A program made the translations under genes and the position numbers. The notes beneath the pieces were generated by a model. That model had not been told where the DNA came from, made no database searches, and worked only from the letters and a program-made list of their open reading frames with translations. DNA of 64,000 nt, taken from Candidatus Poseidoniaceae archaeon (GTDB lineage: Archaea > Thermoplasmatota > Poseidoniia > Poseidoniales > Poseidoniaceae). Where the stretch lies: the NCBI GenBank assembly GCA_028822845.1, contig JAPKCS010000001.1, positions 159,964 to 223,963 of the forward strand, written 5' to 3'. Positions 56,712 through 64,000 of this stretch are shown one piece after another. Within the stretch, counting starts at the first letter, position 1; each line of letters begins with the position of its first letter.

Positions 56712-57542
56712 TCACTTCGGTGGCAACACGTTGTCCCATGGACTCTGTGCTGGTTGAGCCGGTTGAGTTTGTTGTTGATTCATTGGGGGCGTAATTGGTG
56801 TTATGGGGACTGCTGCTGGTTGATATGCTTGACCAACCGGGGTCTGGTACCCTGCCTGTGCCACAGGTGCTTGGCTTCCAATTGGCGCAGCGTACACTGA
56901 TTGTCCAACTGTCATTTGTCCAACTGGCATCACGGCGTTGGTTTTCGGATCATCCAACACGAAGGCTAGAATGATGCCGAGAATGGTCAATGGAACAGCA
57001 CAACAGGCGCCAATGAATCCCAAACCCGATGCGGCTATGCCGCCGAGCACGGCCTCCGTACATGCCTCATCACAATACGTCCCTCGAACGTTCACTTTGA
57101 CGTTGCTATCAAAGGTGTATTCCATGCCTGCAGTCATGTGGTCGATGCTTGCATAGAACTCTTCATCACCTGCACTTGCATTCATCTCAGTCCAAAGGGT
57201 ACACCCTCCAAGAACATCTCGGCCGTTGCTGTCAACGATGGTGAGCTGTATCGAATCGCAATCCACGGGGTGGATCACATACACATTGATCTCCCAAGAT
57301 TCATTTCCATCGATGGTAAATGTACCATTGGTTTGCTCTTCAACGTAGCTTTTATTGTCTCCAGCGTCGATGGCGCTGCCGAACCCTACGACCATACCAA
57401 TTGCACTTGCAAAGAACAGGACGACGCCGATGAGGATTGTGACTTTGCTTGCAATGTGCATGTGTGGGTCATGGACTTCATTGTTATCAACGTGTTCATC
57501 AGCGGTATTGCGCCCCATTTTGGCCCAAGGGATAGGAGCCAT
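56712..57542 (-). CDS. Two-TM membrane protein with Cys-containing extracytoplasmic domain and Q/P-rich C-terminal tail
   Basis: TM helices VTILIGVVLFFASAIGMVVGF and GFIGACCAVPLTILGIILAFVL. Tail PVGQ...QQQTQPAQPAQSPWDNVLPPK. Track ORF (to 57680) trimmed to ATG 57542 to avoid overlapping the divergent peptidase gene. Confidence 0.6.
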   Translation of the reverse strand: MAPIPWAKMGRNTADEHVDNNEVHDPHMHIASKVTILIGVVLFFASAIGMVVGFGSAIDAGDNKSYVEEQTNGTFTIDGNESWEINVYVIHPVDCDSIQLTIVDSNGRDVLGGCTLWTEMNASAGDEEFYASIDHMTAGMEYTFDSNVKVNVRGTYCDEACTEAVLGGIAASGLGFIGACCAVPLTILGIILAFVLDDPKTNAVMPVGQMTVGQSVYAAPIGSQAPVAQAGYQTPVGQAYQPAAVPITPITPPMNQQQTQPAQPAQSPWDNVLPPK

Positions 57543-57571
57543 TTTGAACGGTTGCCATTCACCGTTGGGTA

Positions 57572-58846
57572 ATGACCGGATGGGATGTGACAGATTTGTC
57601 CGGCCCAGACGGCGAGGATTGGCGCGTCCCAACGAGCGAACTCGATGCGCGACAGCAAGAATTAGCGCGTCTCTTGGCAAAAGCAGGCCTCCCAGGTGCC
57701 CTCGTACAACATCCAGTCGATCTGTACTATTACGCGGGTGGGCGTCAGAATGCTTCGATGTTTATTCCGGCCCAACATGCTGGAGGCAGCATTGAAGCAG
57801 GCGGAAACGGGCCGGTCCTGTTTGTTCGTCGTTCATTGAAACGCGCACAGCATGAGGGTGGCGGTAGCGATTGCCCCCACGAAGTCATCCCCTTCCCGAG
57901 CATGAGTTTGCTCGCCGAACACCTTGCTGAGCGAGGCGTCGAAGCAGCACCATGCTTGCAGTTCGGCGAGGTCCCAAAGACCTACTCTGATCGCTTTGTC
58001 AACGCCCTCGCCCCCTTGGGTGCTTGCATGGACGCAACCCAAGTGATCCACGCTCAGCGCGAAGTAAAATCAGCCTGGGAACAGAAACAAATGGATTCTG
58101 CGGCTGATGTCCAACTTCGGATGTTCGAGGCCGTGCAGGCTGTTGGAGGCGAAGGTGTAACCGAATTAGAGTTGGTTGCAGCAGCAGAGGCAGTGAGCCG
58201 TTCCGAAGGCTTTGGCGGCCATGTCCAAATGCGCCGCTACCCGCTTCAATGCGACCGAGGTGTCATTGTGGCAGGACGCGCAGGAGGCATTCCTTCCTTT
58301 TTCGATTCAGCCGTTGGCGGCACGGGAGCCCATCCTCTCAATGGCATGGGTTCCGGTTTTACCCGCATCAAAAGCAACGAACCGGTGCTTGTCGATTTGG
58401 TCCATGCTCACCGAGGCTACATCGTGGACATGACCCGTATGTTCGTGGCAGGTTCCCTCGATGAATCTTGGATTTCCCGCCTTGAGGATATGGTTGCTGT
58501 CAAGGACACAGTGGTCGACGTTCTCGACCGAGGTGGTCTATGCAGCGAAGCATGGGATGAGGGCATAATGTTGGCAGAGGAACTCGGCCACACCTCTCAT
58601 TTGATGGGCATGGCGCCCGACCAAAGCCGCTTCCTCGGTCATTCAGTTGGCCTTCAACTCGATGAATCACCTGTGGTTGCCGCAGGCTTTGACCGACCTC
58701 TTCCGATCGGCGCTACGATGGCCATTGAGCCAAAAGTCGTGCACGCTGAAGGTAGCATCGGTACCGAAGACACATGGATTCGAGATGAAGAAGGAATGCG
58801 TCCCATCACTGCTGGTGGACTGTGGCCTTCGATAACGGAGTGGTAA
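57572..58846 (+). CDS. M24-family Xaa-Pro aminopeptidase/creatinase-like peptidase
   Basis: Pita-bread-fold metal ligand context (VDLVHAHRGYIVDMTRMF, GHSVGLQLDE, MAIEPK, EDTWIRDEEG). 424 aa. Confidence 0.8.
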   Translation: MTGWDVTDLSGPDGEDWRVPTSELDARQQELARLLAKAGLPGALVQHPVDLYYYAGGRQNASMFIPAQHAGGSIEAGGNGPVLFVRRSLKRAQHEGGGSDCPHEVIPFPSMSLLAEHLAERGVEAAPCLQFGEVPKTYSDRFVNALAPLGACMDATQVIHAQREVKSAWEQKQMDSAADVQLRMFEAVQAVGGEGVTELELVAAAEAVSRSEGFGGHVQMRRYPLQCDRGVIVAGRAGGIPSFFDSAVGGTGAHPLNGMGSGFTRIKSNEPVLVDLVHAHRGYIVDMTRMFVAGSLDESWISRLEDMVAVKDTVVDVLDRGGLCSEAWDEGIMLAEELGHTSHLMGMAPDQSRFLGHSVGLQLDESPVVAAGFDRPLPIGATMAIEPKVVHAEGSIGTEDTWIRDEEGMRPITAGGLWPSITEW

Positions 58847-58848
58847 AG

Positions 58849-59115
58849 ATGGCTGAACAAGAACAAACCGATGACGAAATATGCGAGAAACTTGAAGGCT
58901 GGATCCATGAAGATGTTGGAAAGCGAATTCCAATGCGTACCACGCCCAATGGTACGTATTACAACGAGCCAATCGTCGCCGTCTTCTGCCAATTCTGCGG
59001 TTCTGAATTTGTCGGACCAAGCCGAGAAGCAGGGGGATTCCTTGGCGGCCATGAGTGCCTCCATGCATGGGAAATCTCCCAAGCCATGAGCCGTGAAGAT
59101 GGCCTCACGGAATGA
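58849..59115 (+). CDS. Small Cys/His protein (88 aa), possible zinc binder
   Basis: ATG lies 2 nt after the peptidase stop. Contains C..., CQFC and HECLH. Precedes the histone-fold gene. Confidence 0.45.
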   Translation: MAEQEQTDDEICEKLEGWIHEDVGKRIPMRTTPNGTYYNEPIVAVFCQFCGSEFVGPSREAGGFLGGHECLHAWEISQAMSREDGLTE

Positions 59116-59171
59116 GTTCTCCATCAAGAGCGACCATAGTGTTCAAGATGCGCCCTCGCTGAGTGTGGGGC

Positions 59172-59960
59172 ATGGCCAAGCCTTACTCCCCCAGTCACAT
59201 CGGTGCAGTTGCCTCGAATTTCACTGAAATGCGATTGGCAGGCGCAGTCAAGGAGCGAATGGTTGAACTCCTTTGCCAAGAGATTGAGCGACTTGTCCCA
59301 GACATGGAGCAAGCCACCCTTGCCCAGGATGAAGAGAGAAAAACCCTCGACGATCCCCATCGAACACGGCTAAATTACAACCGTACTCGAGAATTGATGA
59401 TCGATCAACTGAGCGCTGTTGAATCGGTTGGGTCCGCAGCGGTTCAAGCCGGAATCGAACACATCGAACGTCACCTTGCAGCCCTGCTCAAGCACGCAGA
59501 GGCGGCTGCAGAAAAAGATCGAGTTGCAACCATCAAACCCCGCCATCTAGAAATCGCCATTCAGGGCATGGGCTTGGAAGACGATGGTGAGCCCGGCGCG
59601 GTGCCAGAAGTCGTTCAGACAGAAGACTTCGTGGTCAGTCAAGGCGGCGGCGTTCTCACCGAATCTTCGTTGCTTTCCCTCGCTCGTACCCATGCCAAAA
59701 TGCCAGTCACCCGTGAAGCAGTCGAAGAGTTGCTGGAAACCTACTACATGGTCATTGAACAACTCGAATCCGATATTCGAAAGCATGCTCAACTGGGCGG
59801 GAATCCCGTTCAGTTCATCGAGTCAATTGGGCGAATGAAAACCCTCATGTCGCTGGGTTGGATGCGTGCTATGCTCACCAAGGCCGCAGAAACAGCAAGG
59901 GAGCGCGGCTACAAGCGCATCGACATTGAACAGATTGTACACATCGATCCGTTCGAATGA
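59172..59960 (+). CDS. Tandem (doublet) histone-fold-like protein with insertions
   Basis: Two halves each end in a histone-like alpha2-L2-alpha3 signature: AAAEKDRVATIKPRHLEIAIQ and ETARERGYKRIDIEQIVHI. Each is preceded by an alpha1-L1-alpha2-like segment: MRLAGAVKERMVELLCQEIERL and MPVTREAVEELLETYYMVIEQL. Confidence 0.55.
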   Translation: MAKPYSPSHIGAVASNFTEMRLAGAVKERMVELLCQEIERLVPDMEQATLAQDEERKTLDDPHRTRLNYNRTRELMIDQLSAVESVGSAAVQAGIEHIERHLAALLKHAEAAAEKDRVATIKPRHLEIAIQGMGLEDDGEPGAVPEVVQTEDFVVSQGGGVLTESSLLSLARTHAKMPVTREAVEELLETYYMVIEQLESDIRKHAQLGGNPVQFIESIGRMKTLMSLGWMRAMLTKAAETARERGYKRIDIEQIVHIDPFE

Positions 59961-60026
59961 GAATGTGATGAACTGCCGCCACCGTGTTCTTATACCTCGG
60001 CCCGTTGGACGGATTGAGGAAATAAC

Positions 60027-60554
60027 ATGGATAACATGATTGGAAAACCAGCACCTGCTTGGAACGCTCGAACTTACATCAGCGGCGAAAGCGTGAACAT
60101 CAGCAACGAGGACATGAAGGGCAAATGGTACTTGATGTACTGGTACCCATTCGACTTTACATTCATCTGCCCAACCGAGATTGTTGGATTTGAACACTTG
60201 AAGGAAGATTTCCAAGACGATGGCATCACCGTGATTGGCTGCTCAACCGACTCTTGGCACTCCCACAACGCATGGTTCAAGGATGAAACCATCTTCCCTG
60301 GCGGCGTAAACCACAACGTGATTGCAGACTGCACACAAGAGATCACCAAGGACTTCGGCATGCGCAACGATGCTCTCGGCTGCTCATACCGAGGCACCGT
60401 CCTCGTCGATGACGAAGGCAAGGTCCAGATGTGGTCCATCAACAACATGGATGCAGGCCGTTCCCCAGCAGAAGTGCTCCGAACCGCTCAAGCAACCATG
60501 GCTGGCGGCCTTTGTGGCGCTAACTGGAAGAAAGGCGACGAGTACATCGCTTGA
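60027..60554 (+). CDS. Typical 2-Cys peroxiredoxin (AhpC/Prx1 family)
   Basis: Peroxidatic motif DFTFICPTE and resolving-Cys context GGLCGANWKKGD. Confidence 0.9.
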   Translation: MDNMIGKPAPAWNARTYISGESVNISNEDMKGKWYLMYWYPFDFTFICPTEIVGFEHLKEDFQDDGITVIGCSTDSWHSHNAWFKDETIFPGGVNHNVIADCTQEITKDFGMRNDALGCSYRGTVLVDDEGKVQMWSINNMDAGRSPAEVLRTAQATMAGGLCGANWKKGDEYIA

Positions 60555-60577
60555 TTCTGCCTTTGAACCAACACCAT

Positions 60578-60583
60578 GGAGGT
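60578..60583 (+). promoter_or_regulatory. Shine-Dalgarno-like site GGAGGT for the 60590 gene
   Basis: GGAGGT lies 6 nt upstream of ATG 60590. Confidence 0.45.
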
Positions 60584-60589
60584 TTCAAT

Positions 60590-60928
60590 ATGCCGGAACT
60601 TGAAGTGCTCGAACGAGGAACGTGGGAAGCATGCCTTTCAGCGCCCATCGCCGTTCTCATGCTTGGAAAGAACAACTGTGCAGCTTGCGCTACTTGGACT
60701 GAAGACCTCACCGCTTACCTCGAGGGCGACGATGCTCCTGAGAATGTGAAGTTCGGTAAATTATTGCTGGACACGCCCGGGCTTGGCCGATTCAAAATCG
60801 CTCAACCATGGGTTGCAGAAGTTGACGTGCTCCCCTATAACGCAATTTTTGTCAACGGAGAACGGGTCAAAGAATGGGCTGGCGGAAACATTGATCGCTT
60901 GGTGAACCGATTGAATCGGTACCTGTGA
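60590..60928 (+). CDS. Thioredoxin-fold protein (CxxC)
   Basis: GKNNCAACATW CxxC motif in a ~112-aa ORF. ATG 60590 with an SD is preferred over the track TTG at 60551. Confidence 0.65.
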   Translation: MPELEVLERGTWEACLSAPIAVLMLGKNNCAACATWTEDLTAYLEGDDAPENVKFGKLLLDTPGLGRFKIAQPWVAEVDVLPYNAIFVNGERVKEWAGGNIDRLVNRLNRYL

Positions 60929-60931
60929 TTC

Positions 60932-61798
60932 ATGCTTTCATCCTCCGTGCTTTTTTCAGCATTGTTTGCGGGCCTTGTCGCTACATGTGTCACCTTAGCG
61001 ATCGAACGCTGGGGCGGTCTTGTTGGTGGCGTTCTTGGAACCGTCCCCTCTACCATCGTACCTGCTGCTGCTGGGATGTACCTTGCTGGCAATGAGATCG
61101 CAATGATCGAGAGCATGTCAATCGTACCTTTGGGGATGCTAGTGAACGGTCTTTTCCTTTCGGTGTGGGTGGTTCTTCCAAGCCGATTATCCTCGAAGCA
61201 TCCATTGTTGATCACCACGCTTTGTTCCCTTTTGGTCTGGGCGATTGCGGGTTTTATCCTGCTGACTTCAATTGACAGAATTTTACAGAGCGGTGTGTCT
61301 TCTTTTACCATCAGTATTTTTGGTCTTTTCAGCGTCATAACGCTTGCAATCTTGTTCAATTTAGAACCACGTGAAGCCCCCAAAGGCAGTCAAAGCGTTC
61401 GGTGGCAAGTCCTCATTGGGCGTGGCGCAGCGGCAGCTGTGGCCATTGGATGTGCTGTGTGGCTGTCAGGGCAAGGGCTTCCCTTGCTGGCAGGTCTTGC
61501 AGCCGTGTTCCCTGCAATCTTCTTGACCAGCATGGTTGCACTGTGGTTGGCTCAAGGTCAAACAGTTCCACAAGGAGCAGTTGGTCCGATGATGCTCGGC
61601 GGTGTCAGTGTCGCAGTCTATGCGGTGGTCATCATGTGGTCGATACCGGCCTATGGGGCAGTCGGCGGCTCAATTTTGGCTTGGGTGATCGCAGTTGGAG
61701 GCTGGTCGTTCCCAACCTTCCTCGTTCTACGAAGAAGGGACATTAGCCATTCACTTCGCGTGTCCAACGCTCAGCAGCAGGAACCCCTTCAACAGTGA
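60932..61798 (+). CDS. Polytopic membrane protein with internal duplication (DUF3147-like?)
   Basis: 288-aa hydrophobic ORF. The N- and C-halves share a similar pattern (LFAGLVATCVTLAIERWGG... versus AAAAVAIGCAVWLSGQG...). Starts 3 nt after the Trx-like stop. Confidence 0.6.
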   Translation: MLSSSVLFSALFAGLVATCVTLAIERWGGLVGGVLGTVPSTIVPAAAGMYLAGNEIAMIESMSIVPLGMLVNGLFLSVWVVLPSRLSSKHPLLITTLCSLLVWAIAGFILLTSIDRILQSGVSSFTISIFGLFSVITLAILFNLEPREAPKGSQSVRWQVLIGRGAAAAVAIGCAVWLSGQGLPLLAGLAAVFPAIFLTSMVALWLAQGQTVPQGAVGPMMLGGVSVAVYAVVIMWSIPAYGAVGGSILAWVIAVGGWSFPTFLVLRRRDISHSLRVSNAQQQEPLQQ

Positions 61799-62042
61799 TG
61801 TTGACTTCTGTCACGCCCCTGATGCCTGAAGATTTTTTGTGCAATGCACGCAGGTCCAGCAAGCAGCATGGACAATGCGGGCGGGCAGGTACGATGATCA
61901 TCGACAACCGTCCTTGTTGGTCAATGTCAATGCTACGCATTGCCTGTGTTGCCGTGTAAGCTTGATCGCTGTGAGGGTCCTTCCAAGCGTTCAACAACCG
62001 CACCACTTTCCTGGAAAGGGCTTGGTGCTGTCGAGGTTTCAT
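61743..62042 (-). CDS. DUF59/MIP18-like Fe-S assembly-related protein
   Basis: 99-aa ORF with a DUF59-like pattern (...KDPHSD...IDIDQQGRLSMIIVPARPHCPCC...GVTEVNITV). The convergent 56-nt overlap with the 60932 gene makes its 3' end slightly doubtful. Confidence 0.5.
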   Translation of the reverse strand: MKPRQHQALSRKVVRLLNAWKDPHSDQAYTATQAMRSIDIDQQGRLSMIIVPARPHCPCCLLDLRALHKKSSGIRGVTEVNITVEGVPAAERWTREVNG

Positions 62043-62062
62043 GCGATGACCGTCCTTCCTAT

Positions 62063-62299
62063 TCAGTCCTGGTTTTCAGCCTCTTGGGTCTGAAGTTCCT
62101 GTTCGAGGTCTTCCAATCGAAGTTCATTCAGCCGTCCCTCGGCTGCAACGAGTTCTGCTTGGCATGTTTTCAACAATGCTGCGCCTTCTTCGTAGAGTTT
62201 GAGTGTTTCATCCAGGCCCAAACCGCCGCGCTCGAGCGTCGCCACAATGGCTTCCAATCGTTGTGCTGCTTCGTTGTAGGTTGGTTGCTTTTCAGTCAT
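62063..62299 (-). CDS. xseB: Exodeoxyribonuclease VII small subunit
   Basis: YNEAAQRLEAIVATLERGGLGLDETLKLYEEGAALLKTCQ matches the XseB helical hairpin signature. Sits 3 nt downstream of xseA. Confidence 0.85.
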   Translation of the reverse strand: MTEKQPTYNEAAQRLEAIVATLERGGLGLDETLKLYEEGAALLKTCQAELVAAEGRLNELRLEDLEQELQTQEAENQD

Positions 62300-62302
62300 G
62301 TT

Positions 62303-63559
62303 TCATTCCTCTGTGGTGTGGATCTCAGTGACTGCAGCTTCTGCAGCACCGTCGACAAATTGCAGGTTAAACCGTTGGCCAACCGTCAACATGCTGGCGT
62401 TGGTGATGACTTCGCCATCAGCTGTTTGGGTCATGGCATAGCCTCGTTCGAGCACCCGTTGCGGATGAATCGAATGCAACGATGCCTCCAAGCCAGCAAT
62501 GCGGGTTCGCTCATGAGCAAACCTCGCTTCAGTGGCTCTGTTGAGTTTCGATTGCAGGGCGAGCATCGAACGCTTCCCACCATTGATTCCAGCAAGCGGG
62601 GCCACCTTCAATCGAGCGTGGAGAGCGACCAGTTGCTGACGAGCGTCGCCGAACGTGCGGAGTGTGGCGTGGTTTAACCGCTCATCAGTTTCGTCCAACC
62701 ATTGCTCGAGTTCGGCGCGTATTGGAACGCTCCGTTCGATGGCGTTTGATGGTGTTGAAGCCCTGATGTCAGCAACAAGGTCCGAGACCAATAAATCAGA
62801 TTCATGACCGACTGCTGAAACAACAGGAACCGGGCTGGCGAGGATGGCACGAACAACGGGTTCGAGGTTGAACGCCCACAAATCTTCGGGGGAACCGCCA
62901 CCACGCCCAACGATGACCAAGTCCACGGGAGGTTCTCCGCGCAGCGCGGCGACGCTGGGGTTGGCCAAACGCCGGGTTAGTGCAAGGGCTCGGACGATTT
63001 CTTCTGCAGCACGATCGCCTTGCACGAGCACGCCAATGACCGTTCGCCTTAGTCCGGGCCAGCGGTTGTCGATCAAGCGTTGCATATCGGCTAGGGCTGC
63101 AGATCCTTCACCTGTGACAATCGCAATGTGCTTTGGTGCAAAGGGTGGTTGATGGCGCACTCGGTCGAGTTCACCTTCGTTGCGCAAGCGCTCAACCAAG
63201 TGCCTTCTCGCCTCTTCCATGGCTCCAAGGGCGTTGATCGGTTCGATGCGTTCGACGATGAGTTGGATGTTGCCTCGTTTGACATACAGATCGAGGTTCG
63301 CCGTCACGACAACTTCACTGCCTTCCTTGATCGATGGGTGGATGGAGCAGCGACCTTTCCAAATCACCGCACTGATTTGCCCTTCATCGTCCCTGAGGGT
63401 GAAGTAGGTGTGGCCAGAAGCGTAAGGCTTCCACTGAGACACTTCGCCTTTGATGGCTTGGCGTTGAAACATCGGTTCATGCGAAAGCGTTCGCTTGACC
63501 ATCGAGACAAATTGACCAACGGCGAGCGGGCCGGTCGTCACGTCACCTCGCCCCGTCAT
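62303..63559 (-). CDS. xseA: Exodeoxyribonuclease VII large subunit
   Basis: N-terminal OB fold (...IKGEVSQWKPYASGHTYFTLRDDEGQISAVIW). Catalytic region (IVGRGGGSPEDLWAFN, SAVGHESD). C-terminal coiled coil. Confidence 0.88.
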   Translation of the reverse strand: MTGRGDVTTGPLAVGQFVSMVKRTLSHEPMFQRQAIKGEVSQWKPYASGHTYFTLRDDEGQISAVIWKGRCSIHPSIKEGSEVVVTANLDLYVKRGNIQLIVERIEPINALGAMEEARRHLVERLRNEGELDRVRHQPPFAPKHIAIVTGEGSAALADMQRLIDNRWPGLRRTVIGVLVQGDRAAEEIVRALALTRRLANPSVAALRGEPPVDLVIVGRGGGSPEDLWAFNLEPVVRAILASPVPVVSAVGHESDLLVSDLVADIRASTPSNAIERSVPIRAELEQWLDETDERLNHATLRTFGDARQQLVALHARLKVAPLAGINGGKRSMLALQSKLNRATEARFAHERTRIAGLEASLHSIHPQRVLERGYAMTQTADGEVITNASMLTVGQRFNLQFVDGAAEAAVTEIHTTEE

Positions 63560-63599
63560 GAATCGAAAGGGGCGTCAACGGTTCTTGAACCATCTGCGC

Positions 63600-64000
63600 T
63601 CATTTTTCGAAGGTTTTGAGCCAGCCTCGACGCCAAAAGAAGGTCAACATCAAGCAAGCGAAAGCAACCATGATCGTAATGATGCCCCAAAACCCACCGA
63701 CCAATTCGAGCGGCAAGTCGTCGTTGTTCATTCCAAAGATTCCTGCGATGAGGGTCAACGGAAGCATGATCGCACCAATGATGGTTAGCGTGGTCATGAC
63801 TTCGGTGAGTTGGGCATTGGATTCAGCAAGTTGCAAGCTGATGTTGGAGAGGTAACTGTCCCGGGCAGAAGTCGCACCTGAGGCGTAGTTGTTGGCTCGC
63901 TTCACAAGCGCCAGTGAAAGTTGGTTGAGGTCAGAGAAATAGCGCATGACGCCTTCGCTGATGAGTCGCTCATTGGGCTTTAGCAAGCGCATGGTGACGG
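63600..64000 (-). CDS. corA: CorA-family Mg2+/Co2+ transporter, C-terminal part (5' end outside window)
   Basis: GMN signature (IFGMNNDD) between two C-terminal TM helices. The frame stays open to the window edge. Confidence 0.8.
   Translation of the reverse strand, partial: VTMRLLKPNERLISEGVMRYFSDLNQLSLALVKRANNYASGATSARDSYLSNISLQLAESNAQLTEVMTTLTIIGAIMLPLTLIAGIFGMNNDDLPLELVGGFWGIITIMVAFACLMLTFFWRRGWLKTFEK

Noticed and set aside
61940-62677. 245-aa plus-strand ORF overlapping xseB and the 3' end of xseA
   Set aside because: It is antisense to two well-supported ExoVII genes. The translation is Cys/Phe/Leu-rich and not protein-like.
1-64000. Scan for CRISPR arrays, rRNA genes, transposases/integrases, prophage or toxin-antitoxin cassettes next to the two tRNA genes
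   Set aside because: I saw no regularly spaced direct repeats, no rRNA-like conserved stretches, and no DDE/tyrosine-recombinase-like ORFs. Both tRNAs are flanked by housekeeping or ordinary genes, so I do not call any integrated element.

Overview
The window reads as a gene-dense chromosomal segment of an archaeon. Evidence: RadA recombinase, an archaeal-type initiator tRNA-Met (A1:U72, three G:C pairs in the anticodon stem), an archaeal phosphoglycerate kinase, FtsZ and a histone-fold protein. The giant propeller/FN3 surface proteins and the many acidic proteins suggest a planktonic Marine Group II (Poseidoniales)-like euryarchaeote; this is a guess from gene content, not a database result.

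I call 56 protein-coding genes, two of them truncated by the window edges, plus two tRNAs (initiator Met-CAU, Thr-CGU). I also call a few Shine-Dalgarno or TATA-like sites and three small repeats. I saw no rRNA, CRISPR array, transposase, integrase or prophage.

Most genes are housekeeping: proline iminopeptidase, phosphatidylserine decarboxylase, a PabB-PabA fusion with a PabC-like lyase, MaeB malic enzyme, isocitrate dehydrogenase, RlmH, PduO-type adenosyltransferase, Nudix, DHH phosphoesterase, Fap7-like kinase, CDP-alcohol phosphatidyltransferase, CAX exchanger, MtaD-like amidohydrolase, M24 peptidase, peroxiredoxin and CorA.

I did not find an unambiguous new multi-gene system. The candidates most worth follow-up are:
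1. An AddAB/AdnAB-like helicase-nuclease pair with Cas4-type cysteine arrays on both subunits, alongside bacterial-type XseAB.
2. A translationally coupled trio: a small membrane protein, a ~13-TM protein that looks like a ligand-depleted heme-copper-oxidase subunit I fused to two EF-hands, and a YchF GTPase.
3. A single in-frame TGA separating a glutaredoxin/GST-like ORF from an FGE/SUMF1-like ORF, where the domain homology continues into the supposed intergenic spacer.
4. A 1100-aa helical-repeat protein ending in a PIN nuclease domain.
5. A tandem histone-fold protein with large insertions inside both folds.
6. A ~330-bp structured, apparently non-coding gap upstream of an orphan DNA methyltransferase.

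All family assignments come from motif recognition by eye and need HMM or structure confirmation.
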